Below are positions 52,977-64,000 of a stretch of 64,000 nt of DNA, piece after piece. Where the stretch lies: positions 55,738,001 to 55,802,000 of the forward strand of contig NC_042998.1 in assembly GCF_006345805.1 (NCBI RefSeq). Reading direction: 5' to 3'. The translations under genes and the position numbers were made by a program. The notes under the pieces are model-generated. The model saw only the letters and a program-made list of their open reading frames with translations. It was not told the origin of the DNA and did no database searches. Source of the DNA: Octopus sinensis (Eukaryota). Positions within the stretch are counted from its first letter, which is position 1; the number at the start of each line of letters is the position of its first letter.

Positions 52977-54139
52977 TATTATAAAAGGCAGATTTTATCT
53001 GCCTCCCTTTGTCAGTTATAGAAATCTACAATATAGGATTTCTTCAATTACAATTTACCTAGCATTTTTAAGAGTAGAATGCATCAGGTTTTGCCAGGTC
53101 CAGTTTTTAAAATTTAAACTCCAATTAAGCAAAATTTACAGAAAACTCACATTCTGGTGTGTATGTCAAATGCTTTTCTTAGTCTGGTTTACAGCACACG
53201 CAAACGCACACACACAGTGTGCAACGAATAAAGTGAAACTAGATGTAATATTTGTTTCTGTCTATCACGCTGATAGATACATGAGTAAAATGTATGGCAA
53301 GCTAACAGATAAGAGTGAGTGAAAATGTTCTTGGAAGAGAGTAAATAGCGACAGAGTGATTTGAGGAAGACTAAACTGAAAGTATGAAACAGTGTTTATG
53401 TATAAACAGACGACACTTATATAAACCCTTTCGTTGCCATACCGCCCGAATTTACCTATTCATATTTAAATGAGAATATCAGAGTAAATCTCTTTAGTAC
53501 ATTCGTGAAAACACGTATTATACTTCGTAAACACTTCAAATACAGTTTTGTACAAAAATCGAAGTGTAATTTTAATTCCGTGAATTATGGGAGATTTTTT
53601 TCCGAAATTTGTTCCTATTGTGTTTTCAAAATTTGTACTTCTGACAAAAAATGGATACGAATTTCATTATATCAAGCAGCGAGTCAGAATTCGAAGGATT
53701 TTCTACTGAAGACCTTCATAAATCTAACTCTATGACTGAAAAAAAAAAGCATCTTTATATAAGAGTGAAGTTGTGTGTCTGTCTCCTACGATTTAGATTC
53801 GTAACTACTCCCACATTTTGCGGTGCAGTTTAACCAAAAGCGGGTATCTTATAGTCGTGATTCATATCGAGCCCTTCTGGGTATTAGCGCGCGTCTACGA
53901 TGAGTCTAAAAAAATTTACCATCATATTTTTCCATTTTAATGCATTTTTTTCGCTTTTATATAAGGGAAGTAACTCTCTAAAAATATCTACGATGTGTCA
54001 ACGATTTAAAAAAAAAATTTACCTTAATTTTTTTCAATTTTTAATGCATTTTTTTGCTATTTTTTGGCTATAACTCTCTAAAAATGCTTATATAGTTATT
54101 TCCCTTACAACCCGAGCAACGCCGGGCGATACTGCTAGT
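52974..54139 (+). mobile_element. Composite non-autonomous Helitron (two 5' ends, one 3' end)
   Basis: 5' TCTTATTATAAAAGG at 52974, a second TCTTTATATAAGAGTGAAGTTGTGTGTCTGTC at ~53752, and 3' CCCGAGCAACGCCGGGCGATACTGCTAG|T. Confidence 0.65.
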
Positions 54140-56031
54140 ATATATATATATATAAACTGGCACTTTGTCGGTTAGGACGACGAAGGTTCCGGTTGATTTC
54201 ACCAACGGAACAGCCTGCTCGTGCAAGTGGCTGAGCACTCTACAGTCATGCGTACCCTTAACGTAATTCTCAAGGAAATTCAGCGTGACACAGAATGTGA
54301 CAACGATGATCCTTTGAACCACTCATTGTCGCCAACTGAATGGGCTAGAGCAATGTGAAATAAAGAATGAAGCGTCTTGCTCAGGAACACAACACGCGGC
54401 CGGAATCGAACTCAATACCGTTTTGTTTATGTCCCCGTAACCTAGCGGTCCAGCAAAACAAAACCGACAGAATAAGTACCAGGTTAAAAACTTTAAATAT
54501 TGGGGTCAATTTGTTCGATTAAACCTTTCAAGTGATAGATCTTTGTGACATTGTTGTACTAAAGGTCCACCTCAAATCTTCGATTTTGTCCCATATCTTT
54601 CAAGTAGACGCGACCCGAGTAGTCTTTTACCACGCCGCATTAGGAGGTCTCTCTGTTCAGTATTATCTTTAATAAGTCCTCGATTTTCCGTTTTGTATTT
54701 CTGCCAATAACACCATGTGAGTGAACTTCGCTCTCTATTAGGATGCAGAAGTCTTCAAAGTATAATATCTAATATGATCTTGTGTTCAATACAATAAAAG
54801 AGACTAGTAGAATGTGCCCATAAATCTCCTCTTCTGGTCTTACACTCACGCCATGAGATGTTCGAGCATCTTTGGGTCCTATGTTGTCAACAGTAAGAAT
54901 TACTTCTTAATATACATGGGGCGAACTTGGAATGCCTTAACAATATTCACAACATTTGGCACTTATAGAAATATCCTTATTTCTAATTCTCTCTAAAGGA
55001 GACTACGGCAGCGGTACAGGATATTAATAGTTATCGCCAAGCTAACATGGCAGTCTAGATAAATAGGACGAATGCTGTCGTTGATTAGCTCCAAGAGGCC
55101 ATCGCCTCTAGCTAGCTATGTGGCACACAAACCTGTGTCCATTATAACCTTCGAACAGGGGAAGTCTGGCATCCATTCAGTGTATGTATTCCACAGAATT
55201 TAGGTAAATAATCCTTCGAACAGTTGGTCAGCAGCGACGCCTGCTGGATTCGGCTACTCCACATTGATAAGAGGCAAACACCTCGAAACTAGTCTGTGGA
55301 AGCCGGACCAGCAAGGAGAAGCTGCGGTAGGCCTGATTGGAGGCAATAAGCTTCCGGCTTAGAAAACCAGAAGGACTGCTGCAATAAGTGTGTGAATCTG
55401 AGAAGGGAATATGTTCGATAAAATCATAATTTACTGATCCTCCTGTATTTTCTTTTACCCAAAGCCAGGAACTTTTCAGCGCATCCTCGTATGCATACAT
55501 GTATGTATATAAACGTAAATATACGCGTGCGCGCGCGTATGTGTGTGTCCCCGTGGACACATAAAGCGGGAAATAGCAATTTATCAATGGAATTTGGGGA
55601 TCAGAGTAGTCTTTCGATGTATTTCTTCATAAATCGGAAGGTAGATGTCCGAAGAGCCCACACTCGAACCTCAACTAGAGAAGAAGGGGGAGGGTGGATG
55701 AAGTATGGATAATCTTTTACAGCTGTTTCTATGGTTTGCTGTTCACTAAGTACAGTATTGGGCATATATACATGAAGTAGATTGGTGTTAGCCAAAATAT
55801 AAATAAATATAACATAAATCTAAATTATATTAACTCTCACTCTATCTTCAGAAGGAAATATTATTAGAGACGGACACAGAGTGAAACCGACAGACAGACA
55901 AACAGACAGAGACAGAATGAGACAGATTGACAAAGTCAGAAGGAAGGAGGGAGAAAACAAAAAGAGCTATATAGGCACATTTATGTGTTCGAGTATGTTT
56001 GTATGGAGTGAGAAAGAGAGAGAGGGGGGAT

Positions 56032-56103
<72 letters not shown>

Positions 56104-56120
56104 CAGATAGACAGATAGAC

Positions 56121-56189
<69 letters not shown>

Positions 56190-56638
56190 CAACATGCATG
56201 TGCGTATGTGCATGTCTGTTATATCAGCAATGATTGCCTTGTAATTGTTCAAGAAATCCTTTTTGTCTTGAAATTTATATTTCCTTCAACATTCAAAAGA
56301 ACTATCAAAACCTCTTTAAAATTATTTCATTCTAAAATTAAATCTAAATAACAAAAATGATTATCAATAAAGTGATATCTTCCAAAACTCACTTCACGCA
56401 ACCAATTTTATTGAAAGCGTACCAATTATTCCAATACGTTTATGTAATTATGTAATTAAGTAATTATGTTTAATTCGATGTAGTTACGTTATCATGGTTA
56501 TTCGCTCTTTCATGCACACAAATAAGAGTATTTTGTCTTTGAAAATTTGGGAAGAAATCAAAGTTATTACTCTAACCAATAAACAGAGAGTACATTTGAC
56601 CATGTTATGTATGGTGTAAGTGACATCGTGCAGTGTCA

Positions 56639-57908
56639 TCTCTCTCTATATAAAATTCTCTGTCTGTCTTTTCCCCATGCATTCTCAAACGGCTCCACCA
56701 AATCAAATCAAATTTTACAAGGTAATAGTATTAGACCCCGCAAGTGTCAACGTGTAATTTTTTTCATCTGAATTAAAACAATATATTTTCTCGAAAATTA
56801 TCTATCTATAATCAACTATAGTGAATTACATTTTATACCACGACCACGACAACGACCACATCACATTTTGTACATGAGTGTGTATGTGTCTGTCACTGTG
56901 TGTGTGTGTTTGCGTGTTCGTTACGTACGACATAGTAAAGGACATTTTATACCACGACGACGAAGACGCATTTTGTGTATGAGTGTGTATGTGTCTGTGA
57001 GTGTGTGTGTGTTTGCGCGTTCGTTACGTGCGATATAGTATAGGATATCTTATAACATAACAATGTATATCACAGTGTATGTGTGTGTGTCAGTGTATTT
57101 ATGATTATTAATTACACTGGTGTAAATTGGCTATGTGGAAGAGCTATACTGGTTCCAACTAATGAAATGGTTGATAAACTCAATCATGGGCTTCGAAAGT
57201 TAACAGATACATCAGAAATGACTTTTCCATCAATTCACACAACAGTCGATCAAGATCAGGCTGTTCGATACCCCGTTGAATTTCTGAACGCACCTAAACA
57301 CAGCGGGATGCCACCGTATAACTTGACACTAAAGCTGGATACTCCCATTATGTTGCTTAGGAATCTTGACCCACCTCGCCTGTGTAGTGGAACTCGTTTA
57401 AGTGTTGCTTCCATGAAGCCCCATGTCCTACAGGCAACAATCATAACAGGTAGTCACAAAGAAGAAATGTCTTTCTTACAAAATTTTCTTTCATACCTAC
57501 ACATGTTCCATTTGAATTTAAGAGGCCTCATTTCCAGTCAAACTAAGTTTTGGTATTTCAATTATCAAATCTGAGGGTCTATCTCTCAAGGTAGTTGGAC
57601 TTCATCTCTCTACTACATACTTTTCCCACGGCCAACTCTATGTTGGTTGCTCACGAGTTGGAAGCATCAACAATTTATTCCTTTGGACACCAACAAAATA
57701 TTATACAATGAATATTGTTTACCCTGAGGTGTTTCAAGATTAACTGATTTTCAGCTTTAAATTCTATTACCATTACAATTTTGATATTTTTTAATAAAAT
57801 ATAGATATTTTGAAATAATTATAAGGAAAACAAATATATCTCCATATTGTTTTTCTAATCTGAATAAGGATAGCAAGAACCCGGGCAACGCCGCGAAATT
57901 CAGCTAGC
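56639..57908 (+). mobile_element. Helitron deletion derivative with PIF1-like helicase C-terminal remnant
   Basis: ORF 57083-57574: WLCGRAILVPTNE..YPVEFLN..GMPPYNLTLKLDTPIMLLRNLDPPRLCSGTRL; downstream FSHGQLYVGCSRVG. 5' TCTCTCTATATAAAA; 3' CCCGGGCAACGCCGCG..CTAG. Confidence 0.88.
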
Positions 57909-58292
57909 TTGTATATAAGCTCCTCTCGCCACTAATAAATCGGATTCGAAACGTTGTGACTGACAATCGTTTTGCAACGCTGCGTTGACGCAGCTGTCTC
58001 TCTCGCAGCCTTTTTCTATCAACTTCGTTTTATGTTGCTAGACATCAATCTATCATTCCTTGTCCCAGCATGGGAGCTTTTACTACAGAAAGGCAACATT
58101 TTCTCACTTTTGATCAAGCCAGAACTGCTTTTTCTTCAATGACTGAATTATTGGAGAGATTTATCTGTAAACTAATTCGATAAGATAGAATAATGTAATT
58201 GAAAAACTCACAACCGCATGATCGAAAGCTTGACGTTCTAACCACTCAGCCATGCGCTTTCACATAGGGGTAGTAATGCTACATAAATATAA

Positions 58293-58812
58293 GGCGGTGA
58301 ACAGGCAGAAACGTTTGCACGGCGGGCGAAATGCGTAACCGTATTTCATCTGCCGTTACGTTCTGAGTTCAAATTCCGCCGAGGTCGACTTTGCCTTTCA
58401 TCCTTTCGGGGTCGATAAATTAAGTACCAGTTACGCACTGGGGTCGATGTAATCGACTTAATCCGTTTGTCTGTCCTTATTTGTCCTCTCTATGTTTAGT
58501 CCCTTGTGGGTAATAAAGAAACAGGTATTTCGTCTGCCGCTACGTTCTGAGTTCAAATTCCGCCGAGGTCTACTTTGCCTTTCATCCTTTCGGGGTCGAT
58601 TAAATAAGTAACCCGTTTGTCTGTTCTTGTTTGTCTTCTCTGAGTTTATCCCCTTGTGGGTAGTAAAGAAATAGGTATTTCTCCTGTCACTAAGTTCAGT
58701 TCAAATTCTGCTGAGGTCGACTTTGTCTTTCATCCTTTCGGGGTCGATAAATTAAGCATCAGTAAAACACTGGGGTCGAAATATCAGGCCTTGTACCGGT
58801 AGTGGAAAGGAT
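58293..58812 (+). mobile_element. SINE family B with a triplicated internal module, ending at (ATT)n
   Basis: GTATTTC..GTTCTGAGTTCAAATTCCGCCGAGGTCGACTTTGCC-like module at ~58341, ~58525 and ~58675. Other copies at 7625-7810, 26815-27000, 46600-46765 and 48130-48300. Confidence 0.8.
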
Positions 58813-58832
58813 TATTATTGTTGTTGTTGTTG

Positions 58833-58902
<70 letters not shown>

Positions 58903-58999
58903 CATCATCATTATTATTATTATTATTAATATTTTCCTTTATGCATTTTAGATTAGACTTTTGGGAAAAAAAATTCTAACATCGTGCTACAAGTAAACT

Positions 59000-60362
59000 T
59001 AGTTGCCAAGAACATTTCTAAGTATCCGAGCTTTCCCTAATAATAATGTTTACTGGAACTACACTAAACTAGATTTTATGTCAATTTCGTCTGTCTGTCC
59101 AAATCTTTAGAAATAGTTTCTAATGCCCCTATAACTACAGGGACACATTTTACCCGCACTTTCGATAGCTTCTGTAACGCAACCACTCGGTCCCGGTACT
59201 TTGTTATTTTTTCTATACCTCTCATAATGATTTTCTCATCATTTGGGATTATGACGTCAATTACCTGGCACTTTCTATTCTTTTTGTCTACTACTACTAA
59301 ATCAGGCCTTCTAACTTCTATTACACTGTCACTCTGAATGATAAAATCCCTCAACACCTTATACTTCTTACCGTCTAACACTTTACTATGTTCATGTTCA
59401 TACCACTTATCAGTATGGTCAAATCCTAGCTTTCTACATAACTCCCAATGGATTATTCTCCCTGGATTGATATGGATTTTCTTCTCTTTCTTGTGTACCA
59501 GCATACTGTATTCACTAACTCTATGATTAACACTTTCTTCCTTTAATTTATATAACTTACAGTGGGAATCTATAGGTTTTTTTTTGCCTATCTTAGCTTT
59601 TAGTTAGTCTTCGATTCTCGATCTTGTGCTGCCACCAACTAACTTTCTTTCTCCCTTTTCAACTTCCCTTTCTGCAATCACAACCATGTCTCACAATTAT
59701 ATTTCCTGCAACTATCTTCGGAAATCTACCACGAAAAGACTTCTCTCGCCAATCATTTTGCTTCTTTTTCTGGCTTTTAACTACATTTGACATTTTGGTT
59801 CCCCTATCACTTACTGTTACACTAACAGCTCTTATTAAAATGTTCTCACTATTATCGACTTAGGAGGCTATATCTACTCTAGCTAACTCCACACATTTTT
59901 CTGCTGATAGTAAACCTCTATCGACTTCCTTTCTAGATATAAGCAATCTTGCTGCTCCTGTCTAGGGTGAAATCCTCCATTCATATTGAATTCCTTCTTA
60001 GTTCTTCTGTCTAGATTTGCTAATTCAGATTTTGTCCAATCTACAAATGCTGTTGAATATCTAAGTAATGATACTGCCCAAGTATTTAGAGCTTTCACTA
60101 CATTCGGACCATTTAGATTTGACTTCATTAACTTCCTCACCCTTCTGCTGTACTACTTCTCAACTTTCTCTTTCATTTCTATAATTAGTACTGTATCAGA
60201 TTCTAATATTTCTAGATGCATACAACTTTCTTCTTTCAATGATTTTAATGCCTAGCCATCTGTTAACCGAATGCTTTCACTGCTGACTACTGGTCCCGTT
60301 TTATTACTAATATTGTGCACTTATCTATGCCAAATACCCTACCTCTATCTTTGCTGAAGACT
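59000..60362 (-). mobile_element. Older decayed Dong/R4-type LINE between (TAA)n tracts
   Basis: FGIDKC..KALNTWAVSLLRYS..LDRRT..IHWELCRKLGF..VRRPDLVVVDKK..VIDVIIP..KITKY. Confidence 0.8.
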
Positions 60363-60390
60363 CATATCATTATTATTATTATTATTATTA

Positions 60391-60462
<72 letters not shown>

Positions 60463-60756
60463 TATTATTGTCATTTACTTTTAATCTGCATGTTTGATGC
60501 AATCACTTGCCGGAGCACACCCAGCGCCCTAGGCAAGTGAAGGTTAAGAGTTGTTGAAATATAGCTGAAAGCTTGGGGAGGGGAAGTAGAGATATATCTC
60601 CATGTAATGCAAACACAAACATTTACATTGATAGGGTTTTTCTAAGGATGTGGGCAGTACTTGTTAGCACAATCTTTTGGATTTCCTTGAGACATGGTTT
60701 TCCAGGGATATTGTCTAGGTGTTTCTGACATCCCTTTTTTATCATACCTAGGGCAC

Positions 60757-61917
60757 CTAGAATAACAGAACAGTTTTTGTTTTAAGATTCCACATCCTCT
60801 GTATTTCGATTTCCAGGTCCTTATATTTACTAAGTTTGTCAAATTCCTTGACAGATACATTTTTATCAGTGGGGACGCTTACTTCTATTAGTCTGCAGGT
60901 ATTTTCTTCCCTGTCTTTCACAATTATGTCTGGTCGATTAGCCTTGATCGTTCTGTCAGTGTTGACTGGAAAATCCCAGAGGATGGTGACATCTTTACCT
61001 TCAACAACTGGCTGAGGATGGTGTTCATACCAGTTAGCAGGAGTGTCGGATTTGTAGTGTTTACATATCTTCCAATGTATATACTGTCCTACCCTATCGT
61101 GGCGATTTTTGTATTCGTTTGGTGTCAGCACAGGACATCCCGAAACGAGATGGTCTATTGTTTCGTCAAATGTGTCACAGAATCTGCATTTAGGGTCAGT
61201 ACCGTTTCGGAGAACGTTAGCCTGGTAATTTCTGGTAAACAAGCTTTGATCTTGTGCTGCCATTATGAAGCCTTCAGTCTCTGCTTTCAATCCAGAGCTC
61301 TTCAGCCACTGATGGGTTGTTGCTTGGTCTACATCAGCATTTTGGCTTCGGAGAATATATTGTCCATGCAGGGGCTTCTGGCTCCACCGCCTCTCAATTT
61401 GATTCTGCCCGTTCTTTTTTGCAGTCTGCTTGATTCGCTTTGCTTGCTTGGTAGCAGTGGTTTCCGACTCTTCATCTGATTCAAGGTTAACGTCTAGTTC
61501 CCTTTCGAACTTATAAGCTTCCTTGACAATAGAATGCAGCTTTTTGCTGCTTTCGTGTTCGCACACAAGTCGCAGCATCCAGTCCTTTGTACTAGATAGG
61601 TACCTGTTCATTCCTACAGTAGAGGTCTTATAGCACAGCTCTAATTGCATCATTCCTCTCCCCCCGCTGCTTCTAGGTAGGTACAAGCGGTCTACATCTG
61701 CCTTAGGGTGGTGCATGCTCTTGGATGTCAGTAACTTTCTTGTCTTCCTGTCCAAGCGTTGGAGTTCCGTAAGGTTCCAGTTAATGATATTAAAACTGTA
61801 CTGGACTACTGGAAGTGCCAGGGTGTTAATGGCCTCAATGCAATTTTTGGAGTTGAGTTCAGTCTTCAGTACAAGCCTTATTCTCCTATAATATTCCTTT
61901 CTTATCTTTTCCTTCAT
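60757..61917 (-). pseudogene. C-terminal part of the Dong/R4 ORF (thumb, zinc knuckle, RLE)
   Basis: 386-aa ORF in the same frame as 61969-63045. A probable 1-bp deletion near 60770 shifts the natural end (..VILGALGMIKKG..ILRKTLSM*, stop at about 60622). Confidence 0.88.
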
Positions 61918-61968
61918 AGTAGCATGATGTATACCATCTCCTTCGTTGATTCCTAGGTATTTGTAACT

Positions 61969-63045
61969 TTATTGTGGGTCAAGTTCCTTGATGGTAGTGT
62001 CAATATCTAATTTAACAGAAGCTGTTTGCCTGAGCTTGCCTCTTACAAAAGTTGCTTTAGCACACTTATCAAGGCCAAAATCCATCCCGACATCATTGCT
62101 AAACTCTTTAACAGTTGTTAGCAGCCCTTCTAGCTCTTGGTCATTCCTGGCAAACAGCTTTAGGTCGTCCATATAGAAAAGGTGGTTTATTAACTTACTA
62201 AAAACTTTGTACCCATATCTGGTACTATCCAATTCGTTTGAGAGTGGGATCAGTGCCATGCAAAAAAGTAATGGAGAGAGGGAGTCACCTTGAAAGATGC
62301 CTCGTTTGATGTTGATGCTATTGGACTGGCTCATCCCATTACTATGGCTTAGAAAGAGACGTGTGTTCCACATGGTCATGCTATTCTCTAAGAATTTTGA
62401 GACGACAGGAGAGATCTTGTATATCTCAAGGGCCTTGAGTATCCATTTATGTGGGACACTGTCATACGCTTTCCTGTAGTCTATCCATGCCATACTCAGG
62501 TTTTTGTTTTTGCTCCAGCAATTCTCTACAATCATTCTGTTTATGAGCAATTGGTCTTTGCACCCATAAGAGTTTCTTTTACAACCTTTTTGAGCTTGTG
62601 GAAGGATAGAATTTTGTTCAAGGAAAGCGTACATTCTCTCCGTTATTATGGATGTGAGGATTTTGTAGGTGGTGTTGAGACATGTTATAGGCCGGTAATT
62701 ATAGGCCGGGTTTTTTGTGTCTTCTGTTTTAGGTAATAGGTAGGTGGTTCCTTCAGTCAGCCAAGCAGGTATTTGCTCTGGGTTCTGAATGACATCAGAC
62801 AGAGATGCAGCGAGATGTTCGTGTACCTCTGTCAAACAATTCAGCCAGAAGTTAGGGATCCGATCCAGTCCTGGGGTTTTCCATTTATGAGCCTTCCTAA
62901 GGACACACCTTAGCTCCTCTATTCCTATTGCTTCCCATTTCTGTTCTTCAAGTTCATCCAGTCTCTCTTTCTCACGTTCTATCCAGTCAGCCTCAGCATT
63001 AAACTCTTTTTCGTTGCTCCATACCTTCTTCCAGAACTCCTCCAC
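61969..63045 (-). pseudogene. Reverse transcriptase domain of the Dong/R4 ORF
   Basis: 358 aa with NYRPITCL, QKGCK, AWIDYRKAYDSVPH, GIFQGDSLSPLLF and HLFYMDDLKLF. Ends at a single in-frame TAA followed by SYKYLGINEG. Confidence 0.9.
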
Positions 63046-63139
63046 TTCCTCAATCTTAGGTGGATCTTCTATGTGTATTTTATTTTTGCCAATTTCCCTA
63101 TAAAATTTCTTATTATTATTATTATTATCATTATTATTA

Positions 63140-63209
<70 letters not shown>

Positions 63210-64000
63210 GAATTGTGTTTTCTGTATTTCAGTATTTTTCTTCGATATTAATATGATACTGATAGCATCTAAACATTCACCAAGGGAGAATGTAGTTTTG
63301 AGCAAGAGGAATTGATATCACCAGATTGTATCCAACAATTATAGGCTGTTTCGACTCTGAGCAGTAACACTCTCCTGTTGATGAGTTATCTAAGGTGGCC
63401 AAATTACTGCTCATCTCCTCCTAGCTTCCAGCTTAACACCTTTGTCTTATTCCATAACCAGCTAGTGGCTCTTGCTTGGTGCCTGTCCCATTCTGCGCAC
63501 AACTATCTTCCTTCTCATTCAAATTGCTATATGCATTCTCCATAGTGACTAGATAGAGCATCCCCCACATTCAACATCGATTGGGAACAGCTATAACTGT
63601 CATCCTTTTTCTCTGCAATCCTGCTGAAGGCTCTGGTACTTGGCACGCTTTCATTAAAACCCTTGAATGCAACCATCTGGCCACGGAACCCCCTTGATTG
63701 ACATTGTTTCTAATCGGTGCCGATCATGTTTTCAAATTTTCTTCGTTAACACTACCAATCATAATAGGAAGGTAGTTGCCAATGAGTGGTATAACATGTG
63801 TGTTTTTGGTTCCCGGTTCTAGCTAATTCAGCTCCCTAATATCGCTAATACACTTAGCAACACTCGGTGCTGATCTCGTTGAAGATATTAAAACTAGCGT
63901 TCTGCTAAGTGAAATAAGTCAGGCGATTGACTATCATTCGTGCCTCTGATACTCGAAACATTGCTTGCTTAATTATTATTTAATCAGATGACATTGGTTG

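Larger units (their letters stand above)
60472..63112 (-). mobile_element. 5'-truncated Dong/R4-clade non-LTR retrotransposon (RT + CCHC + RLE), little decayed, inserted in (TAA)n
   Basis: RT motifs QGDSLSPLLF and YMDD; CRFC..HLVSGC knuckle; NRPD..IEVSVP..K..KY endonuclease. (AAT)n on both sides. Confidence 0.93.

Noticed and set aside
54995-55140. GC-richer dispersed repeat (reverse copy at 25985-26050) considered as an HDV-like ribozyme
   Set aside because: I could not build the nested double pseudoknot by eye.
57930-57965. CTAATAA..CGAAACGTTGTG resembling a hammerhead
   Set aside because: Two core changes and no helix I; at most a very decayed relic.
58020-58170. Possible minus-strand terminal exon (TTTACAG acceptor, ~48 open codons)
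   Set aside because: No recognisable protein similarity or partner exons; expected by chance.

Overview
Eukaryotic, AT-rich, repeat-saturated non-genic DNA. The microsatellite density and tRNA-derived SINE families suggest an octopus/cephalopod genome (inference). I recognise no host protein-coding exon; most listed ORFs are translations of microsatellites. Coding-like sequence is all transposon remnants: Dong/R4-type LINEs in (TAA)n tracts, RTE and CR1/L2-like fragments, mariner/maT/Tigger, Helitron derivatives, MITEs, SINEs and a tRNA-Glu pseudogene. The standout signal is a set of unrelated non-coding repeats carrying type I hammerhead ribozyme (HHR) motifs with palindromic helix III. The best case is a 4.5-copy tandem array of a ~490-bp unit (20661-22846, minus strand) with a canonical HHR in each full unit, a retrozyme-like, potentially circRNA-producing element. 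Its 5' end lies ~14 nt from the predicted cleavage site and is capped by a 54-bp inversion. Three other HHR families occur as divergent inverted duplications (38532-39730, 48611-49084, 52322-52788), one fused to a tRNA-like Pol III head. All folds were done by eye and are unverified computationally.
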